A DNA stretch of 64,000 bases from an uncultured Candidatus Saccharibacteria bacterium. GTDB lineage: Bacteria; Patescibacteriota; Saccharimonadia; Saccharimonadales; JAGQNJ01. Within the stretch, counting starts at the first letter, position 1. Every line of letters starts with the position of its first letter. A program made the translations under genes and the position numbers. The stretch spans positions 109,343 to 173,342 of the forward strand of contig CAZPAW010000001.1 in assembly GCA_964584895.1 (NCBI GenBank). Direction: 5' to 3'. Shown here in pieces: positions 15,690 to 24,768 of this stretch. The notes under the pieces are model-generated. The model saw only the letters and a program-made list of their open reading frames with translations. It did no database searches and had not been told where the DNA came from.

Positions 15690-17618
15690 ATGGGACTTTT
15701 TGGTGGCAAAAAGGCCATCACTGATCCAAAAGAACTCGCTGAAGCCCAACGTCGACGCGAAGAACAAGAGGTTAGTGAAATATATCGCAAGGGTGTCACA
15801 GCATTGCGAGACTTCATTGCACCAAGCTCGATCGAACTCAGCAGTACTCACTTTCAGATTGGAAGTCGATTTGCCCGCACCTATTATGTTTTTGGATATC
15901 CACGCTCACTAACTACCGGCTGGACAAGTGGGCTGATTAACCTCGACGAGATAATTGATATTTCTATGTTTATCTATCCAGTAGAGAGCCGAATCGTACT
16001 AGAAAGTCTTCGAAAAAAAGTATCTCAAATGGAGGCAGGTATCCAAATCGATGAAGAAAAAGGTCGGGTACGTGATCCAGGCAAGCAGGCATCGATTATT
16101 GATGCTGAAGAAATCCGTGACAAGCTCCAAGTCGGCGAAGAAAGATTCTTTAGAATCGGTTTTTATTTTACTCTGTACGCAAACAGCTTGGACGAGCTAG
16201 AATATGTCGCCCATAAAGTTGAGTCAATGCTCGGGCAACAACTTGTCTATTCAAAACCAGCAACCTCACAGCAAGAACAGGCATTGGCTAGCACTGTTCC
16301 GCAGTTTACTGACCAACTAGAGATTAGGCGCAATATGAGCACGGGCGCCGCAAGCACTAGCTTTCCGTTTACTAGCGCCGACCTTAGCCAAGACGATGGC
16401 GTGTTGTATGGGATCAATATGCATAATTCTGGATTAGTAATTTTTGACAGATTTAGTTTAGAAAATGGCAATGCTGTTGTCTTTGCAAAATCGGGTGCAG
16501 GTAAATCTTTTGCTGTTAAGCTCGAGGCGCTTCGTTCAATGATGCTTGGCACCGAGATAGTCATCGTTGATCCAGAAAACGAATACCAGAGAATGTGCGA
16601 GGCGGTTGCTGGAGCATATGTAAGGCTAAGCCTTAACTCTAACACCAGAATCAATCCATTTGATCTACCAAAAGTAATCGATACTGACGAAGCCGATAAT
16701 GCACTAAGGAGTAATCTGATAACTCTACATGGCTTGCTACGATTGATGATGGGTGGTGCTCAGGCTCAAATGCTTGCTTCTCAGGCTAGCGGCGGAGTGT
16801 CTACTCCTGCCTTGTCTCCGGTCGAGGAAGCAGATCTTGATTCTGCGTTGATAGAAACATACGCTAAAGCCGGCATAACCCAAGACCCTCTTACTCACAA
16901 TTCGATCCCTCCGACTATCACAGACCTATATGACACCCTACTTCACATGGGCGGCACAGGACCACAACTAGCTCAACGACTGCGAAAATATACAAGCGGT
17001 ACCTTTGCCGGAATATTCTCTCAACAATCTAATATCGAGATGAAGAATCAAATGGTGGTATTTAATGTCCGTGATCTAGAGGATGAGTTGCGTCCAGTAG
17101 CTATGTATATTGTCCTTAATCACATATGGAATATTACAAAATCAGACAAAAAGAAAAGAATCTTAATCATTGATGAAGCTTGGCAAATCATGCGTTATGA
17201 AGATTCGGCTAACTTTATGTTTTCTTTAGCCAAGCGCGCCCGAAAGTATAACCTAGGTATCACCACAATTAGCCAAGACGTAGAAGATTTTATTGGGTCA
17301 AGGCTTGGTCGAGCAATCGTTGCCAACGCCTCATTACAGTTACTGCTAAAGCAATCGCCATCTGCTGTTGATATGTTAACCGATGTCTTTAAGCTAACAG
17401 AAAATGAATCAAAACGATTAAGCCAGTTCCCGATTGGTCAAGGGTTATTTTTTGCCGGCCAAAATCACGTACATATACAAGTTACAGCTAGCGACACAGA
17501 AACCAGTCTAATAACTACCAACCCAGAGCAAATCGAAGAGTTAGAACAAAAAGGCGTAATTAAAGAAGGACAGGGCAATATTAATTTGGGGCCCATAACA
17601 ACCCCGCCTGCTATATAA
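15690..17618 (+). CDS. virB4: VirB4/TrsE-family type IV secretion ATPase
   Basis: 642 aa with Walker A VVFAKSGAGKSFAV and Walker B KRILIIDEAWQIM. Downstream pattern: ARKYNLGITTISQDVEDF...LLLKQSP. Confidence 0.85.
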   Translation: MGLFGGKKAITDPKELAEAQRRREEQEVSEIYRKGVTALRDFIAPSSIELSSTHFQIGSRFARTYYVFGYPRSLTTGWTSGLINLDEIIDISMFIYPVESRIVLESLRKKVSQMEAGIQIDEEKGRVRDPGKQASIIDAEEIRDKLQVGEERFFRIGFYFTLYANSLDELEYVAHKVESMLGQQLVYSKPATSQQEQALASTVPQFTDQLEIRRNMSTGAASTSFPFTSADLSQDDGVLYGINMHNSGLVIFDRFSLENGNAVVFAKSGAGKSFAVKLEALRSMMLGTEIVIVDPENEYQRMCEAVAGAYVRLSLNSNTRINPFDLPKVIDTDEADNALRSNLITLHGLLRLMMGGAQAQMLASQASGGVSTPALSPVEEADLDSALIETYAKAGITQDPLTHNSIPPTITDLYDTLLHMGGTGPQLAQRLRKYTSGTFAGIFSQQSNIEMKNQMVVFNVRDLEDELRPVAMYIVLNHIWNITKSDKKKRILIIDEAWQIMRYEDSANFMFSLAKRARKYNLGITTISQDVEDFIGSRLGRAIVANASLQLLLKQSPSAVDMLTDVFKLTENESKRLSQFPIGQGLFFAGQNHVHIQVTASDTETSLITTNPEQIEELEQKGVIKEGQGNINLGPITTPPAI

Positions 17619-17669
17619 TAATTATGAAAAATATGGTTAATTTCATAAGCGAGGGTTCATAAAAATAAA

Positions 17670-20636
17670 ATGTCTGTCTATGATCCAGAAAAAACCGAAG
17701 ACAAACGCCTAACCAGTAGTGGTGCTGACAATAATTGGGACAGTTATAAGGACCCCCTAGATAGGGCGAATCGCCAAAAACATAACCCCACTCCCCAAGA
17801 TATTCTCGACGCCGAAAACAGAGGAGAAAGCCTAAAGCCAAGCTCTACCGCATCAAAGGATGAACTAAGACGATTGAGAGACAATAGTCAATCTGATGTA
17901 TCGAGATTTGCTAACAACGGCGATGACACTCTAGATAAGAGCATGGCAAGTACTGGCAATGAGGACGGTTCTAGCTTTTTTAACAAACACAAAGATACAA
18001 TAAAGAATAAATCAAAATGGAAGCTTACTAAAAAACAAGCGGCTGGCGGTGTTGCGGGGGTACTCGGTATTGGTGCGATTGGTGGGATTATGATGACCGC
18101 CAGTGGACCTCTAGCATTTATACATATGGCAAATCTGATGAAACCCTTTCATCACGATAACGGTTCAAATATGCAAGATGGTCGCCTAACTAGATTGTGG
18201 CGCTATGCCAGAGGCGATGGTATCAACAATAACTTAGGAGCTATTGGCAATAGGTACGCCGACAAGGTTGATGCCAGAATGAAAGACCTAGGCATTACGC
18301 CTAATTATAATAATCGTGTTTTGACCAGTTTTACTTTTGATACCGATACGCCTAAAGGCAAGGATGCTTTTGATAAATTAGTAGCCAAAGGGTATGTGCC
18401 GAACGAGATCGATGTCGACGGAAGTGCTGGTAGTGGTAGATATATGCAGATTGATGCAGCAAGAGGTTTCGGTAGTAGGAATAGTATCAGAACAATGGGT
18501 GACGATCTTAGAATCGCTCTCAGCGAGGATGGCATATCCAATGCAATTACGCATAGGTTAGCAAAAAAACGCTACGCAGGCGGATTCCACCCACTGCAAA
18601 ACTTTTACCGAGAGGCTGGTGAATCAATAGTTGACTATATGAAGTCCGTGAAGCAGCACCATGATGACCGCGTAAAGACCGGTGTGCCTGATCCAGACAG
18701 ACCGAAACCCGCCCGTACTCAAGACGAGATAGACGCCGACACACGCGACAACCTACGGCGTAATACTCCAGATGGCATATCGGACGACACTCCATCCGGG
18801 GTTAAATCTAAGATAATAGGTGCTGTAGCGGGTACCGTTGGTGCCGTCGGTCTATATGAACTCATATGTAATATAGATCAGGTAGGCAGGAGCATGGAAG
18901 CAATTAGGCAGGCCGAAATCATCGAACCATTAATGAGGATAGGTCTAGATGGCCTCGCCTTCGGTTCCCAGATTCAATTTGGCGGTCAAGACGTCACATC
19001 AGATGAAATGGGTGCGATTTTTACCAGATTTATGGGCGACACGGACATCGGCAAATTAAGTGCATTTTCAGCTGATAGCATTCAAGCAGAGCTAGGCAAA
19101 GAACAGATTGGAGAAAGAACAGCGACACAAGGGGAAAACACTGGCAAAAGAGTTAAGCCAGCGGATCTACCAGCTAGCTCAAAACCAGGAAAAGAAAATC
19201 CAGCCATGTTTGACGTCATTAATGGGATTATCAGTGCTCTTCCGGGAGGCAGAGATGCTTGTGATGTTTTAATAGACTTGAATGCTTGTGTGGGTAGCGC
19301 TTGTATAGGTGTTTCTGATGTACTTGATGGGGTGGTTGCGTTTGTGTCAGGAGGTGCGTCCTCTGCCGCAGCAAATGCTACTGTTAATGCCATATTCATC
19401 GGTGCTGGTGTGTTGGCGTCTGACTACATAGACTCATTAATACATTGGTTGGCAGGGGCGGCCTTGCAGTGTGCGGATGGCCCCCAATGGGGTAGTTGTG
19501 TCAACTTTGGTAATCGATTAAATGCCAACGATAACGCCCTCAGCTTTGGCGGTAGAGAGTTGCAGCCTGAAGAAGAAGTTGCCCTTGATAATACCCGAAA
19601 AGAGCTAGAACGCTACGACATGAAGAGCAAGAGCCTTTATGCACGATATCTTGACCCTAAAGAAACTAATTCATTGTTTGCATCTGCAATATTCAATAAT
19701 CCTAATTATGTAGCCAATTCAGCATCTTTATCTTATGGTCTACAAGCACCACTAAAAAACTTTAGCAATATATTCTCAAACTTTGGTAGTTTGTTTGGTG
19801 GACAGGCAAAAGCAGCATCGCCCGTTAATTATGACTATGGCTTCCCTGAATATGGCTTTAGTGTAAACGAACAACTGGATGCAAGTTTTGAAAATCCTTA
19901 CAGTATTGCAACTTGGGTTGAGGAAGAGTTGCCCGAAGACAGGCAATGTAGCGGTGGTACAAAGCGACTTGACTGCCTAAACAAAGACTATGGAGAATGC
20001 TTTAACACTACAATAAACAGCGCTACCGGTAAAATCCAAACCACTAAAGCTGTTGACTATAGAGAAATACCTGATATTTGCGATGACGACAATCCTAGAT
20101 TAAAAAAATATAGATTCTATATCGCCGACATGATTACAGCAAAATCTGCTGTGTGCTATGAAGGCGAGGACGAATCAGCCTGCGCTGAACTCGGCTTGGA
20201 TAATGAAAGTGAGGGTGGACCAGGCGCAAACGGCCCTCTCCCAGATGGGACGGTTACCGAAGAGGATATCGAACCTGTCACAGGTCTAACATCTGGTTGT
20301 CATAAAAGTATTGCTGCTAACGCAAATGCCATGATAGCGGCGGCGGCGGCGGATGGCGTAACCTTAACTGGATCATGTTGGAGAAGTAACGCTAGACAAA
20401 TCCAATTAAGACAAATTAACGGCTGTCCAGACATATATACTGCTCCACCATCCTCCTGTCGTGTCCCTACAGCAATACCCGGAACATCAAATCACGAAAA
20501 GGGATTAGCGATTGATTTCGACAACTGCAGAATTAGAAGTACGGCATGTTTTCAGTGGCTCGCCGCAAACGCTGCAACCTATGGATTTTATAACCTCCCA
20601 AGTGAACCTTGGCACTGGTCGGTAGATGGAAGATAA
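17670..20636 (+). CDS. large membrane-anchored T4SS-associated protein with C-terminal VanY/M15-type peptidoglycan peptidase domain
   Basis: 988 aa with one TM (AAGGVAGVLGIGAIGGIMMTASG) after a ~125-aa cytoplasmic N-terminus, and ~700 aa of unrecognised Cys-containing ectodomain. The C-terminus reads SCWRSNARQIQLR...GTSNHEKGLAIDF...EPWHWS, the zinc D,D-/L,D-peptidase motifs of the VanY family. Confidence 0.7.
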   Translation: MSVYDPEKTEDKRLTSSGADNNWDSYKDPLDRANRQKHNPTPQDILDAENRGESLKPSSTASKDELRRLRDNSQSDVSRFANNGDDTLDKSMASTGNEDGSSFFNKHKDTIKNKSKWKLTKKQAAGGVAGVLGIGAIGGIMMTASGPLAFIHMANLMKPFHHDNGSNMQDGRLTRLWRYARGDGINNNLGAIGNRYADKVDARMKDLGITPNYNNRVLTSFTFDTDTPKGKDAFDKLVAKGYVPNEIDVDGSAGSGRYMQIDAARGFGSRNSIRTMGDDLRIALSEDGISNAITHRLAKKRYAGGFHPLQNFYREAGESIVDYMKSVKQHHDDRVKTGVPDPDRPKPARTQDEIDADTRDNLRRNTPDGISDDTPSGVKSKIIGAVAGTVGAVGLYELICNIDQVGRSMEAIRQAEIIEPLMRIGLDGLAFGSQIQFGGQDVTSDEMGAIFTRFMGDTDIGKLSAFSADSIQAELGKEQIGERTATQGENTGKRVKPADLPASSKPGKENPAMFDVINGIISALPGGRDACDVLIDLNACVGSACIGVSDVLDGVVAFVSGGASSAAANATVNAIFIGAGVLASDYIDSLIHWLAGAALQCADGPQWGSCVNFGNRLNANDNALSFGGRELQPEEEVALDNTRKELERYDMKSKSLYARYLDPKETNSLFASAIFNNPNYVANSASLSYGLQAPLKNFSNIFSNFGSLFGGQAKAASPVNYDYGFPEYGFSVNEQLDASFENPYSIATWVEEELPEDRQCSGGTKRLDCLNKDYGECFNTTINSATGKIQTTKAVDYREIPDICDDDNPRLKKYRFYIADMITAKSAVCYEGEDESACAELGLDNESEGGPGANGPLPDGTVTEEDIEPVTGLTSGCHKSIAANANAMIAAAAADGVTLTGSCWRSNARQIQLRQINGCPDIYTAPPSSCRVPTAIPGTSNHEKGLAIDFDNCRIRSTACFQWLAANAATYGFYNLPSEPWHWSVDGR

Positions 20637-20639
20637 GGC

Positions 20640-22337
20640 ATGAATTTAATTAATGTTCGAAAAATTACTTTTATATTATTTATAATCTATATATTTAGTA
20701 TTCTTTTTTCACAATCACAAGTGATTTATGGATTAAGCGATCTTCAGAAACAAATAATTGATGGCAACAGCCTTCGGTTTGATGTAGAAGACCAGTGTAA
20801 AGATGACGCAGACGAAGTAGGTGCCAAAATCTATGTCCTTGGAGACTCGTTAACCGTTGGTATGCGTGATAGTGGAAATCTTAGTGAAAAACTAGAAGCA
20901 AAAAGTTGGGGGTCGCCAAAAATACAAGCAACAGATGGGTTTAATATAAGCGATTCTTTGCCAAAAGTTGAACAAGATAGTAGCGATATTGAGGGAAGTA
21001 GCGCGATAGTGATTGCACTAGGAACAAACCCAGAATCAGATTTGGAAGCAAAAATTCCTACTCTTATTGAAAAACTAAAAGAAAAATCGCCAGAAGCAAA
21101 AATTTATTGGGTTAATGTTCATGTAAAAGATAGCGCCTTTATAGACCAATCATTCTTGGGCAATGAAAGGGTTAACCAATTGATTAATAATAAATCTGGC
21201 GACCTTGGATACACTGTCTTTGACTGGGAAAATGAAGTGACTAGTAACCCTGATAAATATCCTTATCTTGAAGATGGCGTACATCATACCGAAGAAGGTT
21301 ATTCGGAAAAATCGGGTTGGTTAGCCGGCGAGCTCGGTCAAGCTCCACCCGCAAGAGCAACTAATACCGACGTCAGTATTGATACCGGCGCACCTCAAAC
21401 CACCGGAGAAGTAGACGGTGATTTTATTCAAAAAATTTCACCTGCTCCTTTCACAGGGCAACCCATTCAACCCACCGGAGTGGTACTACACTGGACTGGT
21501 GGATCACCAAATACAAGTGTTGAAGACTTTATCTCGATAATTGGAGGTAGGGGTCTTTCTGTACAACTATACATAGATGGATCGGGAAATGTATATCAAT
21601 TAGTTGATGATCTGGCGACGCTAACAGCCCATGCAGCAAATGCAAACAGCAAAACTATTGGGATAGAAATCGCTGCGGGTAGTGATGGTACTGTGGAAAC
21701 CGCCGCACAAGAAATAAACAATAATCCTATACAAGCCGCCGCAGTAGCAAAAACAGTAGCGTATATTATTGATAAATATGGCATGGAAATTGATACTAAT
21801 GTAGGTGAGTTGAAGGGCGTACTGTCGCATCATCTTATTAGCCCAGGACGAAAAAGCGATGTTGGTGATGAATATTTAAATAAAATCATTGAGGCAGTAA
21901 AATCTGGTAATTTCGCAAACATCGATAGTTGTGATGGCTCTGGGCTAACCGGCGGAAGCGGGGGAACGCCCGAAGAAAATAAACGCCTAGGAGAGGCGAT
22001 GGCCGCTGAAAGAGGTTGGACTGGATCAGAATGGACATGCTTAATAGAATTATGGACACGGGAATCAAGCTGGAACCACCTAGCCATAAACGATGCCGAA
22101 GGTAACAACGATACTAATGACGATGGGTCCTTAAATGGTAGCGAAACAATTACCGAGGAAGAAGATGATGCTTATGGAATACCTCAATCTAAGCCGGGCG
22201 GTAAAATGGCTACTGTTGGCCCTGATTGGCGAACAAACCCAAGAACACAAATTACATGGGGTCTAGACTATATTGCAGGAAGATACCAAACACCATGTAA
22301 TGCCCTAGAACACTCTTTCGCATATAATTGGTATTAA
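20640..22337 (+). CDS. secreted three-domain cell-wall hydrolase: SGNH esterase + Amidase_2 (N-acetylmuramoyl-L-alanine amidase) + lysozyme/transglycosylase-like domain
   Basis: 565 aa with a signal peptide. SGNH blocks: IYVLGDSLTVGM, ALGTNPES, EDGVHHT. Amidase_2-like: GVVLHWTGG...IGIEIA...LSHHLISPGRKSDVG. The C-terminus reads WTCLIELWTRESSWNHLAINDAEG...AYGIPQSKPG...QITWGLDYIAGRY, a lytic-transglycosylase-like pattern with a catalytic Glu in RES. Confidence 0.7.
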   Translation: MNLINVRKITFILFIIYIFSILFSQSQVIYGLSDLQKQIIDGNSLRFDVEDQCKDDADEVGAKIYVLGDSLTVGMRDSGNLSEKLEAKSWGSPKIQATDGFNISDSLPKVEQDSSDIEGSSAIVIALGTNPESDLEAKIPTLIEKLKEKSPEAKIYWVNVHVKDSAFIDQSFLGNERVNQLINNKSGDLGYTVFDWENEVTSNPDKYPYLEDGVHHTEEGYSEKSGWLAGELGQAPPARATNTDVSIDTGAPQTTGEVDGDFIQKISPAPFTGQPIQPTGVVLHWTGGSPNTSVEDFISIIGGRGLSVQLYIDGSGNVYQLVDDLATLTAHAANANSKTIGIEIAAGSDGTVETAAQEINNNPIQAAAVAKTVAYIIDKYGMEIDTNVGELKGVLSHHLISPGRKSDVGDEYLNKIIEAVKSGNFANIDSCDGSGLTGGSGGTPEENKRLGEAMAAERGWTGSEWTCLIELWTRESSWNHLAINDAEGNNDTNDDGSLNGSETITEEEDDAYGIPQSKPGGKMATVGPDWRTNPRTQITWGLDYIAGRYQTPCNALEHSFAYNWY

Positions 22338-22349
22338 AGGGGATAGATA

Positions 22350-23678
22350 ATGAATAAAAAGAAAGTTGTCATAATTGCATCTATATCACTAATTATTATC
22401 TATTTGATAATAATTATCGTTACTTTTTTAATTAGAAATAATAAACCCGAGGACAGCAATAAGTTGATGGTCAGTGATATTGTTGCAACTAATATTGCTA
22501 ATACCGACAATTTTTCTTCGCTAGATACAAATGATTTAGGTTTCTTCACTGGATCTTCGAGTGCAACCTTAAATCTAGCGCAGAATAATAATTTTTTGAA
22601 AACCAAATTACTTACCGCTGACTTCCCCTTGTATAACGTAGATAAGGTGTCCGGTATAGATGACAAGTTATTAGTTAGATCGTACTACTATCCACCTAAT
22701 TCTAACTTATTAAACAAATACATAAGTGGCGGTAAGCCAACGGCTCATAAAAAACAAGCATGGTTTATCCTCACCAAAAAGAATCTTAAATCTGCATTCT
22801 CACCAGAATACATAAATGTAGTTGACGCGACACTAACTCCGGATGGAATTGCGTTTTTAGAGTCTTCTGGCAATAAAATTAATCTAGTTCTTAAAGATAA
22901 TACAGGCGTATATCGTTCGATCGGCAACGATATATCTGCCAAAAAAATTATTGGTGTCCTAGGCACAAAAATATATTTATCTGACTATAGTGGATCGATT
23001 TATGAACAAAACGGATCTACATACAAAAAAATAATCAGCAACGCAACTGATGTCACCTTAGATCATGATACTAGCAAGTTAGTGTATTCGGACATAAACG
23101 ATTCAAGTTCTGGTGAAGAAGGAGGTTTTGTTGAAAACAACAAACAAGGTGCCTCTAGTCATAAAATTAATATCCTTGATTTAACTACAAATTCGAACAC
23201 AATTTATGAGCCCCCGCAAGGATATTCTCATACTGATAGAGGGAATATCGTGACAATAAATAAAATCACTCAGCCAGATAAAATCGAAATTTATAATCTT
23301 GGCACTGGCGAGACATTATCGGTTAACATTGATCAAGCAGCATCAAAAATTGTCGACCCCATATCAAAGGTAGTTGTGGCCTCGAAAAACCCTCTAATAT
23401 TATCTGCAATTACCAATAATAATCGATTAGTTATCTATTCCGATAAAGCTATCGTTGAAAACATCGCAAGCTATAAATTACCGAAAATACCTGTCAGACA
23501 AGGTCAATACTCCTTCGATTATAGTATTGTTCAAGGTACTGTAGTGATGGTTGCGGATAAAAGTAATACCAATATCATAGCTAATACTAGTAAAATTTTA
23601 AAAAATACCTGCGAATGTGATTTAAATCAACTGAACAAAGTTTGGACAGTTATTCAAAGAACAGAGGGATCACTTTAG
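22350..23678 (+). CDS. TM-anchored extracytoplasmic protein, possible beta-propeller (TolB/PD40-like repeats), last gene of the T4SS-like operon
   Basis: 442 aa with an N-terminal TM (VVIIASISLIIIYLIIIIVTFLI). Weak recurring segments (TPDGIAFLESSGNKINLVLKD, SKLVYSDINDSS) are present. The 3' end overlaps recF by 9 bp (convergent). Confidence 0.35.
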   Translation: MNKKKVVIIASISLIIIYLIIIIVTFLIRNNKPEDSNKLMVSDIVATNIANTDNFSSLDTNDLGFFTGSSSATLNLAQNNNFLKTKLLTADFPLYNVDKVSGIDDKLLVRSYYYPPNSNLLNKYISGGKPTAHKKQAWFILTKKNLKSAFSPEYINVVDATLTPDGIAFLESSGNKINLVLKDNTGVYRSIGNDISAKKIIGVLGTKIYLSDYSGSIYEQNGSTYKKIISNATDVTLDHDTSKLVYSDINDSSSGEEGGFVENNKQGASSHKINILDLTTNSNTIYEPPQGYSHTDRGNIVTINKITQPDKIEIYNLGTGETLSVNIDQAASKIVDPISKVVVASKNPLILSAITNNNRLVIYSDKAIVENIASYKLPKIPVRQGQYSFDYSIVQGTVVMVADKSNTNIIANTSKILKNTCECDLNQLNKVWTVIQRTEGSL

Positions 23679-24731
23679 ATTTATTAATTGGGTTTTTTGA
23701 ATGTAAGATTTGTCGATTATATCGGCGTCAGTTGTGGTGATAAGTGTTTGGTTAGTACTTAAAAATCCAGTTAATAATTTTCGTCGTTTGCCATCGAGTT
23801 CACTGAAAACATCGTCGAATAGCAGGATTGGTTTTTGTCCTGTTTTTCTCTCAAGTAGCGAAGTTTCGCATTTTTTAAGTGCAAGAATTGCGGTGCGGGT
23901 TTCACCTCTTGATGCAAAACTACGCACATCATTATTATTAAGCTCTATTAAAAGGTCGTCTCTGTGTGGCCCAACTGAAGTGAATCCTCTGGATAAATCT
24001 TTCTCTAGGTTTTGTTCTAGTGCATGCAATAATCGAGTTGCGTAGTTTGATGAACCTAAGATTTTTGATTGATATCGCAGAACTAACCTGTATTTGTCAC
24101 CAGCAATCTCTGTGTAGTTCTCGGCCAGTGTTTTATTTAGCTCGTCGATAAGTTTTAGACGTCGATCAACAATATTCTCGGCGAACTCTGCCAATCTAAT
24201 GTTCCACGCAAATACCGACTGCTGAACGTTTTGACGACCCATTTTTAGCAGTCTATTGCGTTGCATAAGAGCCCTTTTATAGCTATTAATTATTAAACTA
24301 TTGTCTGGATAAATTTGACTAGCAAGGTTATCGATAAAATTACGACGCTCTTCTGGGGAGGTTACGAGCTCGTATAATTGGTTTGGTTCAAAAAGTACCA
24401 CCGGAATTGATTCGTTAGCTGTCGGTCGTTTTTTTACTACACCATCAATCTCGAAGTCTTTTTTAACGCGACCATTATCTTTAGTTAACTTGAGAGTCCG
24501 TTGTCGATTGTCGTCCGTTGTAGCATCAATCCTAGTCCAGCTAGCGCCGGTCCGGATATTGTGGTGATCTGATGAACGAAACGCTCCTATACTACAGACA
24601 TAATAAACTGCTTCTAGTAAATTAGTCTTTCCACTGGCATTTGGTCCCACAATAATATTAGTACCGGATTCAAACTCAAAAGCACTATCCTCATACGACC
24701 TAAAATTCTGAAGCCTAATACTAGTAATCAT
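23670..24731 (-). CDS. recF: DNA replication and repair protein RecF
   Basis: 353 aa: MITSIRLQNFRSY...GPNASGKTNLLEA (Walker A)...ILLFDDVFSELD (Walker B). It lies downstream of dnaN. Confidence 0.9.
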   Translation of the reverse strand: MITSIRLQNFRSYEDSAFEFESGTNIIVGPNASGKTNLLEAVYYVCSIGAFRSSDHHNIRTGASWTRIDATTDDNRQRTLKLTKDNGRVKKDFEIDGVVKKRPTANESIPVVLFEPNQLYELVTSPEERRNFIDNLASQIYPDNSLIINSYKRALMQRNRLLKMGRQNVQQSVFAWNIRLAEFAENIVDRRLKLIDELNKTLAENYTEIAGDKYRLVLRYQSKILGSSNYATRLLHALEQNLEKDLSRGFTSVGPHRDDLLIELNNNDVRSFASRGETRTAILALKKCETSLLERKTGQKPILLFDDVFSELDGKRRKLLTGFLSTNQTLITTTDADIIDKSYIQKTQLINLK

Positions 24732-24768
24732 AAATTAGCTCAAAGCTTAGAGCCCTCAGCTGAGAGCT
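24732..24768. repeat. imperfect 37-bp direct repeat, copy 1 (flanks the four-helix-bundle gene)
   Basis: Read on the minus strand, AGCTCTCAGCTGAGGGCTCTAAGCTTTGAGCTAATTT matches AGCTCAGAGCCGAGGGCTAATAGCTGAAAGCTAATCG (25131-25167) at 26 of 37 positions without gaps. Confidence 0.5.
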
